Source: a virus. From it: a stretch of DNA of 64,000 bases. The position numbers were made by a program, and so were the translations under genes. Shown here piece by piece: positions 47,219-56,343 of the stretch. The notes beneath the pieces were generated by a model that was given only the letters and a program-made list of their open reading frames with translations, did no database searches and had not been told where the DNA came from. The stretch covers positions 3,099 through 67,098 of the IMG/VR virus record IMGVR_UViG_3300007643_000211, one strand, 5' to 3'. Positions within the stretch are counted from its first letter, which is position 1, and the number at the start of each line of letters is the position of its first letter.

Positions 47219-47557
47219 ATGTCAGAAACGAAAACTATCGACCCGCGATATCGAGGTGCTGTTGTCATAGAGGACAATGACTGCGAGGAGTGCTTGTATC
47301 TCAACGGCCTCGCGTGGAACAAGCGGAACACTGAATCAACGGTCTACTGCGGCGACATCGCAGACGCATCTCGTTCCATTCGCGATTGTGTGTGCAAGTT
47401 CCAGTACATTGAATTGACCGAGGATCAAACCGAAAAGCTAAGTACAGACCAAGGCAATCTTGAATCATGGCCCGAGACTCTTGAGGAAATCGAAACCCTA
47501 ATCGGCGAAAAGTTGCCGCTAGTCGATCCAACAAACAACTCACAATCAGGGGACTAG
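47219..47557 (+). CDS. Hypothetical protein
   Basis: 112-aa ORF with SD. Confidence 0.55.
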   Translation: MSETKTIDPRYRGAVVIEDNDCEECLYLNGLAWNKRNTESTVYCGDIADASRSIRDCVCKFQYIELTEDQTEKLSTDQGNLESWPETLEEIETLIGEKLPLVDPTNNSQSGD

Positions 47558-47576
47558 CCCTTCCTCTGATTGCTAG

Positions 47577-47616
47577 ACCGGTGGCGGTGACGGCCCGCTC
47601 CGTTGCCGGTTTTTTT
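47577..47616 (+). terminator. Rho-independent terminator
   Basis: ACCGGTGGCGG...CCGTTGCCGGT stem followed by T-run. Confidence 0.7.
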
Positions 47617-47947
47617 ATAACACTGAAGAAACGGCAGTGAGAAACTTGGTCGGTCTCGCTCGAATGCCCGGATAGTAGGACCACGGAGGCTGTGGGGAAA
47701 TAGGGGAACGCAGGTTCCCGTCCGATGGCCGTTGAGTCAGCAGTCCACAGTAAGCTCTAACTAACAATGACGCCGGGACGAAGGAAAGTCGTTAACTAAA
47801 CCTGACAGTCGGGAAAGACCGGCATTTTATAAAACCACAAACCCTTCTGCGTGAAAGGTACGGACTGATGAAACCTACAATCGCAAATCATGAGTGTCCC
47901 GATTGCCGGGAAGACTTAATTAACTGCCGGTGCGGTGGAGGTGAATA

Positions 47948-48325
47948 GTGGGCTTTCAAAAAGAATCCGAATCAGGCTTCCAATCGAGCGTCCTCGATTT
48001 AGCCAAACTCGAAGGCTGGCATCACGTCCATTTTCGCAAGGTTTTCACGAATGGTCGATGGCAGACTCCAATTCAAGGCATGAAGGGTTCGCCGGATTTA
48101 TTGCTAGCTCGGAATGGTCACATCTTACATATAGAACTGAAGCAGGACGGCGGCGAATTAAGCAAAGAACAGCGCGAGTGGATTGGCGCGATGACTGGCT
48201 CAAGAGTGCCCAAGAAAGTGGATTACGCATTCCAGCGGGTCGGCAGCGATCGTTGTTTCGTTGGCGTTTGGCGTCCGCGGAACTGGGATGATATCGAGGA
48301 AATCTTAACGGAGGTCGGAGTGTGA
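47948..48325 (+). CDS. VRR-NUC-like PD-(D/E)XK nuclease
   Basis: GSPDLLL...IELK..GG.LS.EQ.EWI. Confidence 0.82.
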   Translation: MGFQKESESGFQSSVLDLAKLEGWHHVHFRKVFTNGRWQTPIQGMKGSPDLLLARNGHILHIELKQDGGELSKEQREWIGAMTGSRVPKKVDYAFQRVGSDRCFVGVWRPRNWDDIEEILTEVGV

Positions 48326-49443
48326 CTATCAACACAAAGGTCGAGTGGGCAGACCACACAATAAATTGGTGGTGGGGTTGCGAAAAGGTCAGCCCCGGAT
48401 GCAAGAACTGTTACGCAGAGGGTTTTGCCAAGCGAGTCGGCAACAACATCTGGGGCAAGGGAGAACCGCGACGAGATATCAAGTCGGCGGTGGCGGAAGC
48501 CTTAAAGCTGAACGCCAAGGCTGAAAAAGAGGGTGTGCGATACCGCGTATTCAGCAACTCGATGAGCGACTTTTTTGAAGAGGACAATGGACAAGCTATC
48601 GTTGACCACAAAGGTAATCGGCTTTGCTTTCAGGCTGCGGATAAGAATTGGCAACACATCCTCACTGACGACATTGCGCGTGAGTCTGATGGGTGCATTC
48701 CAGTTACGCTTACTGATATCAGAGAGCAGGCGTTCGAGACCATCGACGCGACTCCACATCTGGATTGGCTGCTGCTAACCAAGCGGCCCGAAAACATTCT
48801 AAGAATGACACCACAGTGGGATTATCACGCATGCAACACGGGAGACTGCCCGCACTCACACAGTGCTAATTGCGTGCCTGTAGATGAGCGTAAGTATCGC
48901 CAAAATGTTTGGCTTGGAACGTCGGTCGAAAGCCAAGAACAAGCCGACAAGCGAATTCCCGAACTGCTCAAGTGCCGGGACTTGTCGCCAGTCCTTTGGT
49001 TGAGTTGCGAGCCGTTGCTGGGTGCTGTTGATCTTGGGAAACCTCATTCAATCGCAACCAATGGCGAATTCGACGACACCGAATACGACGGCCCTTCAAT
49101 TGACTGGGTTATCTGCGGTGGTGAATCAGGTCATGGTGCAAGGCCGATGCACCCGGATTGGGCAAGGGAACTACAGGCTCAATGTGAGGGTTCTGACGTC
49201 CCGTTTTTCTTCAAGCAGTGGGGTGAGTGGTGGCCTCAGTCGATTGGATGTGGGATCGAATACGACTCCACCCGTCCAGTATTGTGGACCTGCCGATGTG
49301 GTCATTCTGTTTATCCAATCACAGACGATAGCTCTTGTGCTTGCGGGGAAGATCTGAACATTGAGCGAATGATAAAGGTCGGCAAGAAAGAAGCCGGCCG
49401 TTTACTCAACGGCAAAGAGCATTCGGAGGTGCCAGATGAGTAA
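48322..49443 (+). CDS. DUF5131 (Gp37/Gp68) family protein
   Basis: TKVEWADHT..WWGCEKVSPGCKNCYA; LLLTKRPEN; WVICGGESG..ARPMHPDW; FFFKQWGEW. Confidence 0.92.
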   Translation: MTINTKVEWADHTINWWWGCEKVSPGCKNCYAEGFAKRVGNNIWGKGEPRRDIKSAVAEALKLNAKAEKEGVRYRVFSNSMSDFFEEDNGQAIVDHKGNRLCFQAADKNWQHILTDDIARESDGCIPVTLTDIREQAFETIDATPHLDWLLLTKRPENILRMTPQWDYHACNTGDCPHSHSANCVPVDERKYRQNVWLGTSVESQEQADKRIPELLKCRDLSPVLWLSCEPLLGAVDLGKPHSIATNGEFDDTEYDGPSIDWVICGGESGHGARPMHPDWARELQAQCEGSDVPFFFKQWGEWWPQSIGCGIEYDSTRPVLWTCRCGHSVYPITDDSSCACGEDLNIERMIKVGKKEAGRLLNGKEHSEVPDE

Positions 49444-49729
49444 ATCTGAGTGTCCAGGCTGCAAGGGGGTAGGCACCATTGACTGCCCAGGCTGCGGGGG
49501 CGGTGACGCCAGTGACTTTTGCCGTGAATGTGACGGAGACGGATGGGCGTGGTGTGAACGATGTCACGGGAATGGACAGATAGATGTGTTCGATGTGTGC
49601 TCCCAGTGCGGGGGCGATGGTCTGGTTAACTGCGAGCACTGTCACGGGGACGGATGCGGTGAGTGTGAACAAGAAGGGTGCGAGGAATGCGGAATTTGCT
49701 TCGGGTGCGGGTTGGATATGGATTCATGA
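49436..49729 (+). CDS. DnaJ-type CxxCxGxG zinc-finger protein
   Basis: Repeated CxxCxGxG motifs. Confidence 0.7.
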   Translation: MSKSECPGCKGVGTIDCPGCGGGDASDFCRECDGDGWAWCERCHGNGQIDVFDVCSQCGGDGLVNCEHCHGDGCGECEQEGCEECGICFGCGLDMDS

Positions 49730-49730
49730 A

Positions 49731-49922
49731 ATGAATAAATCAACGATAAAATCACAGGCTACAATCGTAATAGTCGAGCACGAAAACGGGCTTGTATTTA
49801 TGACGTCGCATGGTTACGGCGCTGCAGAGGAATTAGCGGATTCCGCCGTAAATTTGATAGGTAGTTTTCTTAAAGACCAAATAGAAAAGCGGAACAATGA
49901 AGACGGGGAGATTGATGAATGA
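49731..49922 (+). CDS. Small hypothetical protein
   Basis: Fills gap between zinc finger and methylase; start ATG 49731. Confidence 0.45.
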   Translation: MNKSTIKSQATIVIVEHENGLVFMTSHGYGAAEELADSAVNLIGSFLKDQIEKRNNEDGEIDE

Positions 49923-50706
49923 GCTGGCACTATTCGCAGGCGCTGGTGGCGGAATTCTCGGAGGCAAATTGCTCGGATGGCGAACCGTCTGCGCAGTCGA
50001 AATCGAAGAGTATCCCCGTCGCGTCCTTATGCAGCGGCAAGACGATGGAATCCTCAAACCATTCCCAATCTGGGACGACGTTAGAACATTCAACGGCCGC
50101 GAGTGGCGTGGAGCTGTGGATATCGTCACTGGTGGGTTCCCATGCCAAGACATCTCAGTTGCCGGAGGCGGTGCCGGCATCGACGGAGAGCGAAGCGGGT
50201 TGTGGTCTGAGTTCGCGAGAATCATTCGCGAAGTACGACCCGGATTCGTCTTCGTGGAGAACTCGCCAGCGCTCACTTCTCGGGGGCTGGATCGAGTACT
50301 TGGAGACCTTTCCGAGATGGGGTTCGATGCGGAATGGGGAGTGCTGGGTGCGGACAACGTTGGTGCCCCGCACATTAGAAAACGCATCTGGATTGCTGGT
50401 TGGGACGCCAACGAAATCAATGAGCGTGAGAAGCGAGTCGCACCGCAGGGGGCGGACACCAACACCAGCAGAGATGGCGAAGTATCCGACGCCAACAGTC
50501 CAGGATGCAAGCAACAACGGCGGCCCAAGTCAGAGCAAGCGGAACACACCTCCATTGAATGCGGTGGCTGGTGGGAAGCTGAACCCGATGTGGGTCGAGT
50601 GGTTAATGGGATGGCCCGCCGGGTGGACCAACTTAAAGCCATTGGCAACGGACAAGTTCCGGCAGTGGCTGCACTCGCATGGCGGCTGTTGTCAGGGGGG
50701 AGGTGA
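49915..50706 (+). CDS. C5-cytosine DNA methyltransferase, alpha polypeptide (motifs I-VIII and X)
   Basis: LFAGAGG, GGFPCQDIS, VENSP, APHIRKRIW, LKAIGNGQVP. Confidence 0.92.
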   Translation: MNELALFAGAGGGILGGKLLGWRTVCAVEIEEYPRRVLMQRQDDGILKPFPIWDDVRTFNGREWRGAVDIVTGGFPCQDISVAGGGAGIDGERSGLWSEFARIIREVRPGFVFVENSPALTSRGLDRVLGDLSEMGFDAEWGVLGADNVGAPHIRKRIWIAGWDANEINEREKRVAPQGADTNTSRDGEVSDANSPGCKQQRRPKSEQAEHTSIECGGWWEAEPDVGRVVNGMARRVDQLKAIGNGQVPAVAALAWRLLSGGR

Positions 50707-50710
50707 TTGA
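49919..50710 (+). CDS. C5 methyltransferase beta polypeptide in +1 overlapping frame (motif IX carrier)
   Basis: 263 open codons over the alpha gene; PTPT repeats and LNPMWVEWLMGWPAGWT motif-IX-like segment. Confidence 0.7.
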   Translation: MSWHYSQALVAEFSEANCSDGEPSAQSKSKSIPVASLCSGKTMESSNHSQSGTTLEHSTAASGVELWISSLVGSHAKTSQLPEAVPASTESEAGCGLSSRESFAKYDPDSSSWRTRQRSLLGGWIEYLETFPRWGSMRNGECWVRTTLVPRTLENASGLLVGTPTKSMSVRSESHRRGRTPTPAEMAKYPTPTVQDASNNGGPSQSKRNTPPLNAVAGGKLNPMWVEWLMGWPAGWTNLKPLATDKFRQWLHSHGGCCQGGGD

Positions 50711-51076
50711 ATGAGTAGAAACAGCCCAACTGCAACAAAAGAGCAGGTCCTCCAGTGGCTCGCTGATGAAATATTCGTCACGAAGAATGGCGAGGTATTT
50801 AAAGGGAATCGACGCCTTGCTCAAAGGATCAACTTTCGCAACGGTTGCCAGCATGGTGATCCACGCGTCGACCTACATCACCAAGGGGTGAGGAAGTCGA
50901 TGTCAGTCTCGCATCTTGTGTGGATGCAGCACGCCAGGCAGGTCATTCCAGACGGTTGGGAAATTCACCATCGCAACGGGGACTGCACTAACAATTCGTG
51001 GGAAAACTTAGTCTGCCTACACGCACTTGATCACTACAAGGAACATTACAACTTGGTAGATGAGGTTCCGTTTTAA
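50711..51076 (+). CDS. HNH endonuclease
   Basis: EIHHRNGDCTNNSWENL..L...DH..EH. Confidence 0.85.
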   Translation: MSRNSPTATKEQVLQWLADEIFVTKNGEVFKGNRRLAQRINFRNGCQHGDPRVDLHHQGVRKSMSVSHLVWMQHARQVIPDGWEIHHRNGDCTNNSWENLVCLHALDHYKEHYNLVDEVPF

Positions 51077-51151
51077 CTCCAATCAAGGCTGGGTTATCCA
51101 ACTAGAAACGGCACCGGTTCAGCGTGGTGCAAACAAGCAGGAATCGGACAA

Positions 51152-51955
51152 ATGAGCGACAAAACGGAAAACGTCTATCGCATTAAGGACTGGGACCAGC
51201 TTCAGTTCGAGCAGCACGGCAATAGTCGCATCAATGGCCCAATGAAGTGGGTTGCAGTGCCCACAAAGCATGACGGCAAGGGGTACAGACGTCTCATGCG
51301 GGAAGACGATGGGATATCGATTTATGGATGTTGGATTGTCATCGTGGCAGTCGCGGCGAAATGCCCAGTTAGGGGGACCCTCGCGGATGAGGACGGACCA
51401 CTGACGGCGGAAGAGATGAGCCTCAAGACTGACGTCCCGGAAGACGTAATTGAGCGATCTTTGGCATTTCTAATGACAATAAAGTGGATCGAATCGGTCC
51501 AGTATTCGCACGAAATGCGACAGTCTCCCGCGATAGTGCGCAAGATTGCGCAGGACCGCGAAAATATGTGGCCTACAGAACAGGACCGGACAGGACATGA
51601 CAAGTCCTGTTCCGGTTCCGGGGGCAGTACAGCCCTTGAGGGGGCCACTGCCCCACCGGTCCGAACCGGGAAGAAAAAAAGCAAGAAGCCCAGCGTGTTT
51701 AGAAACCTCACAGTCGAGGCTCTGGGCGACATGGACAAGCTCGCGGATTGGCATAGATGGCAGGCAGGAAGCCCTGAAGGTCTCAAGCCGGTGCTTGGCT
51801 CGGACCAGTGGCCCGACTGCGTGGCAGCGGCCCTGTACGCGGTCGAGGCGGGAGATAATCCGGTTGCCCTGTTCGCTTCGATCGTGGGCAAGGGGGATTA
51901 CAGCAAAATCACAAACGACGTTTGGCGTCGAGCAAAGGAGATGATTGAGCCATGA
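51152..51955 (+). CDS. Phage replication initiator (wHTH) protein
   Basis: Directly upstream of DnaB; N-terminal wHTH-like region, central low-complexity linker. Confidence 0.6.
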   Translation: MSDKTENVYRIKDWDQLQFEQHGNSRINGPMKWVAVPTKHDGKGYRRLMREDDGISIYGCWIVIVAVAAKCPVRGTLADEDGPLTAEEMSLKTDVPEDVIERSLAFLMTIKWIESVQYSHEMRQSPAIVRKIAQDRENMWPTEQDRTGHDKSCSGSGGSTALEGATAPPVRTGKKKSKKPSVFRNLTVEALGDMDKLADWHRWQAGSPEGLKPVLGSDQWPDCVAAALYAVEAGDNPVALFASIVGKGDYSKITNDVWRRAKEMIEP

Positions 51956-53352
51956 CGGAAGCGGTTCTTAAAAAACGACCAGCCGACACCGAAGCGGAGC
52001 AATGCGTTCTCGGGTGCTGCATCCTATCCCCAGGTGCATTCGATGATATGTCATTGCGACTTCGCGACAGGATGTTTTACAGCGAGCAAAACCGCAAGGT
52101 GTGGATCGTCCTACGAGAGATGCGAGAGACCGGAAGCACCGTCGATGTCGTGACGCTGGCTCGTAGCCTCAAGGCCCGTGATTGGCTTGACGAGATCGGC
52201 GGGCCGGCTCGGATCAATCAGTTAATGGCGTCGGTCCCACATGCTGGGCACGCTGAGCATTACGCATCGCTGGTTGTCGAGGAGGCAACCCGTCGCGAGG
52301 TCATCGAGCGAGCAACTGAGATGATCCAGTGTGCCACCGATGATACAAAAAAACTTGAACAAGTCATCGAGCAATCGGAATCCGCAATCACTGACCTGAT
52401 CGAAAACCGGGAAGGCACGGAAGCGGAATCGTTGCACGATGTCCTGCTGTCTGCGTTTGACGAAATTGGGCAAACGAAGGTCGGTGTGCCAACCGGGTAC
52501 GGCAAGCTCGATGCGATCACAGGCGGGATGCACGCAGGTCAGTTGATCATCTTGGCGGCAAGGCCCGGTATGGGGAAATCGGCGTTGGCTGTTTCTGTCG
52601 CGAGAGGCTTGGCGAGAGCGGGAACACCAGTCTTGTTCCATGCGCTCGAGATGAGCAAGCTAGAATTAGTGGAACGTTTATTATCAATGGACACGATGCT
52701 GCCATTACATAAATTGCGAAGTGGTGACTTAAGTGATAGTGATAGATTAGACATTAACGTTTCAGTCAACGAACTTAGCGACCTGCCTTTATTTATCCAT
52801 GATGATCCGGGCGTGTCTCCGACACAGATCGCCAGCTCTGCGAGGTTGCAACGACGGCGGAAAGGCATCGGTTGCGTGATTGTTGATTATCTTCAATTGA
52901 TCGAACCGACCGACCGGAGAACGCCACGGGAACAGCAGGTTGCTGATATCACACGCACGCTCAAGCGGTTGGCGAAGTCACTCGATATCCCGGTCATTGC
53001 GTTGGCACAGCTCAACCGCAACGTTGAATCGAAAAACGATAAACGTCCCGCACTTGCTGACCTGCGCGAATCAGGAGCCATTGAACAGGACGCAGACCAA
53101 GTATGGATGCTCTACCGAGCAAAGGAATATATCGACCAATTCGACAACGGTGACCATCCAGAGTGGGATCGCATTCGGAATGACTACGGCATCTCTCCAA
53201 GCGAGGACGTTAAGAACGTCGCGGAGCTGTTTGTCCGCAAGAATCGTTCAGGAAGCAAAGGGGCGGTACCGCTTTTATTCCGAGCAGAGCTCACACTATT
53301 TCAGAATCTGGCAACGTCGGAGTTGCCTTCCTATGCGACAACGGATTGGTAG
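51952..53352 (+). CDS. dnaB: Replicative DNA helicase DnaB
   Basis: AARPGMGKS, LEMS, IVDYLQLI, LAQLNR, DLRESGAIEQDAD, KNRSG. Confidence 0.96.
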   Translation: MTEAVLKKRPADTEAEQCVLGCCILSPGAFDDMSLRLRDRMFYSEQNRKVWIVLREMRETGSTVDVVTLARSLKARDWLDEIGGPARINQLMASVPHAGHAEHYASLVVEEATRREVIERATEMIQCATDDTKKLEQVIEQSESAITDLIENREGTEAESLHDVLLSAFDEIGQTKVGVPTGYGKLDAITGGMHAGQLIILAARPGMGKSALAVSVARGLARAGTPVLFHALEMSKLELVERLLSMDTMLPLHKLRSGDLSDSDRLDINVSVNELSDLPLFIHDDPGVSPTQIASSARLQRRRKGIGCVIVDYLQLIEPTDRRTPREQQVADITRTLKRLAKSLDIPVIALAQLNRNVESKNDKRPALADLRESGAIEQDADQVWMLYRAKEYIDQFDNGDHPEWDRIRNDYGISPSEDVKNVAELFVRKNRSGSKGAVPLLFRAELTLFQNLATSELPSYATTDW

Positions 53353-53354
53353 TT

Positions 53355-53537
53355 ATGAGCAAGCAAAAAACAACAATCGAAATGAACGGCAAGACGTACC
53401 AAGTGCTGTCGCAATGGGACTTGAAGCGGAACCAGATCGTCGTGCATCACGATGGCAGATTGCTCGTTTTGCGAGAGGATTCCAAAACAGGGCTTGCAAA
53501 ACCGGGGACGTCGGAGCATAATTCCGGCACGAACTAA
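53355..53537 (+). CDS. Small hypothetical protein
   Basis: Follows dnaB, precedes terminator. Confidence 0.45.
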   Translation: MSKQKTTIEMNGKTYQVLSQWDLKRNQIVVHHDGRLLVLREDSKTGLAKPGTSEHNSGTN

Positions 53538-53571
53538 CTGAGTTTGTTTATCAATACAAATCGTCATTCAT

Positions 53572-53611
53572 AGGCGGTTCATCCCTTCGCGGGGGTGGAC
53601 CGCCTTTTTTT
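53572..53611 (+). terminator. Rho-independent terminator ending replication operon
   Basis: AGGCGGTTCATCCCT-TCGC-GGGGGTGGACCGCCT followed by T-run. Confidence 0.85.
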
Positions 53612-53633
53612 ATTTAGCAAAACGGAAAGACTC

Positions 53634-53870
53634 ATGACAAAAGTTCGATCAAAGATGACCTGTAATTCAATCGAATTGCGAGAAGATGGTGAGGGAGGTC
53701 GCGTTCTGTTCTCGCCAGTCATATCAGGCAGTGACGAGAATGATGAGTTTTACAAGTGGACGCCGGGAGGTGAACTTGTCCTTGATATTGTTCGTCTTGA
53801 GTTGTGCGAGAAATTCAATGTCGGCGAAGAATATTACGTCGATGTCACACCTTGTACCGAAGCTGAGTAA
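53634..53870 (+). CDS. Conserved small phage protein
   Basis: VRSKMTC...F.PV.SGS.EN.EFYKWTPGG.L...F.VG.EYYVD.TP. Confidence 0.7.
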   Translation: MTKVRSKMTCNSIELREDGEGGRVLFSPVISGSDENDEFYKWTPGGELVLDIVRLELCEKFNVGEEYYVDVTPCTEAE

Positions 53871-53879
53871 TCGATCCTA

Positions 53880-54320
53880 ATGTCTGCATTATTCGCAATT
53901 CGATATCCATTCACCATGGCGGCTTCCGTTGTGATGATTTTGTTGTTCGTTGCGGATGTTGGCAGTGACGAACCAACAATCGCACGTCCAGAGCCAACCG
54001 ATCGCGAAACCACCTGGTCCACGTACCTCGCGCAAGAATGGCAAGGCGAAGCGGAACACATCCTCCCCGATGGCAGTCGCGTTGATGTGCTGACTGACTC
54101 GACGGCATGGGAAATCGAGTGGTGTTACAAATGGGAGCAAGCATTTGGCCAAGCTCCATTTTACGCGGCATCAACTGGCCGATCAGCGGGAATCTGCTTG
54201 CTCAATCGCGGCAACGTAGACGATGAGGATTATCTGCGTGCGCTGGCGACGTTGCACTGGTATCGGTCGCAGGGTGTGGATATTCGGTTTCGGGTTGTCG
54301 ACGTGAGGGGGGCGCGATGA
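53880..54320 (+). CDS. Protein with N-terminal hydrophobic segment and PD-(D/E)XK-like fold
   Basis: PDGSRVDVLT...WEIEW..KW.QAFGQ. Confidence 0.5.
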   Translation: MSALFAIRYPFTMAASVVMILLFVADVGSDEPTIARPEPTDRETTWSTYLAQEWQGEAEHILPDGSRVDVLTDSTAWEIEWCYKWEQAFGQAPFYAASTGRSAGICLLNRGNVDDEDYLRALATLHWYRSQGVDIRFRVVDVRGAR

Positions 54321-54715
54321 ACTCGATCCAATATCACGACGTGCGATTAGATTTTGTCCATCGAGTGGGCGGCGTTGATACGTTCGTCGTCACCGATCCG
54401 ATCAGTTACAGCAACGGTCTCGGTGAAACTCAGACTGTCCCAGTCGGCACTCAGACGGACGGCGCGACTATCCCCAGAATCTTATGGGGCATCGTTGGAC
54501 ATCCGTTGATGTCGTCGTACGTCAAGGCTGCTGTGGTCCACGATTATCACTGCACTCAGGCTTGGGCGTCGGGGGATTATCACCGTCGCGTCATTGCCGA
54601 TTCGCTGTTCCGATATTTGTTGAATCAGAGCGGTGTTGGATTTTGGAAAGCGTCAATCTTGTACTTCGCCGTTCGTTGGTGGGGTTGGATTAGCTACATT
54701 TGGGGAGCGAAATGA
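54317..54715 (+). CDS. DUF1353 family protein
   Basis: VPVGTQTDGATIPR..W...Y.KAAVVHDY.C...AD.LF...Y.AVRWWG. Confidence 0.88.
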   Translation: MNSIQYHDVRLDFVHRVGGVDTFVVTDPISYSNGLGETQTVPVGTQTDGATIPRILWGIVGHPLMSSYVKAAVVHDYHCTQAWASGDYHRRVIADSLFRYLLNQSGVGFWKASILYFAVRWWGWISYIWGAK

Positions 54716-55731
54716 AACCGTTAATTACAGTCATTGCTTTGCTTTTAATTAACACCTGCACCTACTCGCAGGTCTATCGCGTCAACGTCTCACTTGCCGA
54801 TGGAACTAAGGGTGTCGGCTCATGCGTCTGCATTGGTAACTACGACAATCGCGGATGGTACTTGACGGCGGCTCATGTCGTGACCGACGATGATTCACCA
54901 GTCGCAAGCGTCGCAGTTAGTAGATGTAATGCAGTCATCGAGGCTGTCGAAAAAGACGACAAGAGGAATGTTGATGTCGCTTTAATCAGCACGCCGGGAT
55001 TCGCTTGCGACAAGTGGTATCGCGTTGAGGATGGCGCGGTGAGTGCCGATAGATATGTCGTAATGGGGCACCGATCGAATGGTCCACTGCTGACTCGCAA
55101 GGCCATGGCGACCAGTGACGACAGGTGGTTCCGATCAACAAGCACTGTATGCACAGGCGACTCAGGCGGCCCTATCGTGACAGGTGATGGTCGTGTTGTT
55201 GGAATTGTCAGCGGAGTCGAGGTCAAAAGCCGTGGGCAGACCTGCGGAACGCATATTGTGACAACGGTAAATCTATGCCGATGGGTGCGCCAGCATTGCC
55301 CTGGGGTGTGCCCACCTGTGAGGCAATCACCCCAGTATATGGTTCGTCCGGTTCCCGGCACTGGCGGGGTGAGATATCAACCTCCGTTAGTTATTGATCC
55401 TCCACGGTACGAGGTGCATCCAATTAGGAGCAGCCCTATATCTCCACCACGACCAACACCCACACAAGTGAGGCAGAGTGACGTTGATGCGAACGCAAAA
55501 GGGGTTGCAAGTCTGCAAGTCGAGCTGCAACAACTGCGCGACCAAATCGGCAATCAAAGCGGCGGATTATCGCGAGAAGAAGTCGAAAAAATCGCGTCAA
55601 AATATAAGACAACAATCCCCAATACTCGCGTTCTATTAGTCGATCAAGGGCAGGTTATCGACGACGAATCGTATAAGCCGGGCGAAGCGATTGTTCTCGA
55701 CTTGAAGCGGATACAACAAGCAGGCAAGTGA
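54712..55731 (+). CDS. Secreted trypsin-like serine protease
   Basis: Signal peptide; LTAAHVV, DVALI, GDSGGPI triad motifs; Pro-rich linker. Confidence 0.88.
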   Translation: MKPLITVIALLLINTCTYSQVYRVNVSLADGTKGVGSCVCIGNYDNRGWYLTAAHVVTDDDSPVASVAVSRCNAVIEAVEKDDKRNVDVALISTPGFACDKWYRVEDGAVSADRYVVMGHRSNGPLLTRKAMATSDDRWFRSTSTVCTGDSGGPIVTGDGRVVGIVSGVEVKSRGQTCGTHIVTTVNLCRWVRQHCPGVCPPVRQSPQYMVRPVPGTGGVRYQPPLVIDPPRYEVHPIRSSPISPPRPTPTQVRQSDVDANAKGVASLQVELQQLRDQIGNQSGGLSREEVEKIASKYKTTIPNTRVLLVDQGQVIDDESYKPGEAIVLDLKRIQQAGK

Positions 55732-55743
55732 GGATTATCGATC

Positions 55744-56043
55744 ATGCCTGATCTCGATAACGATGCCATCATTGGTGATGGCGTTATAATAATTGAGCTT
55801 AATGAGGAAATTGAAATGAGTGCAGATGTCCCCGCCGGAATGCTCGGTCTCATGATGACTGAAACCGCTGGCAACATCCAAGCGAACAACCAATCCGGTC
55901 GCGCATTGTCGACGGCTGCGATGGGTTCGCTCCAAGCTGGTATCGCCAAGACTCACAACGAGCTTGGTCCTGTTGAGTCCCGTTCTGTGAGTGGCGTTAT
56001 CGCTACTCCAGTTGCGGGTCCGGCAGTCCAACAAGGTCCGTAA
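55744..56043 (+). CDS. Small Ala/Gly/Asn-rich hypothetical protein
   Basis: Operon position; may start at ATG 55816. Confidence 0.55.
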   Translation: MPDLDNDAIIGDGVIIIELNEEIEMSADVPAGMLGLMMTETAGNIQANNQSGRALSTAAMGSLQAGIAKTHNELGPVESRSVSGVIATPVAGPAVQQGP

Positions 56044-56049
56044 TCCATC

Positions 56050-56343
56050 GTGATTGACGAGCTTGTCAAAAAGATCGTGGAGAGTAATCAGTCCCGTCGT
56101 CAGCAACATAGATTGCTGATGGGCGGGTTGATCTCCGCAGTTTCTCAAGGTGATTCAGATGGCATCGACCGCGCAATCAACTCAATCGTGGAAAACGCGA
56201 ACGACGGACTTCTTCAACAAGAAGGGACGTCTGAATCTATGGGCGAATCTGATAGGAGTGCAGAGCTTGCAGGACAGTCAAGCGGAGAATTTGAAGAACC
56301 AGCAAGCGGAGAATCAGTGGTATCGGAAGCAAATGGGATATGA
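56050..56343 (+). CDS. Hypothetical protein, overlapping next ORF
   Basis: 97-aa ORF following previous stop. Confidence 0.35.
   Translation: MIDELVKKIVESNQSRRQQHRLLMGGLISAVSQGDSDGIDRAINSIVENANDGLLQQEGTSESMGESDRSAELAGQSSGEFEEPASGESVVSEANGI

Noticed and set aside
49833-50738. 301-aa minus-strand ORF over the methylase
   Set aside because: Antisense to a dual-coded region, low-complexity Ser/Pro/Arg composition, no motif
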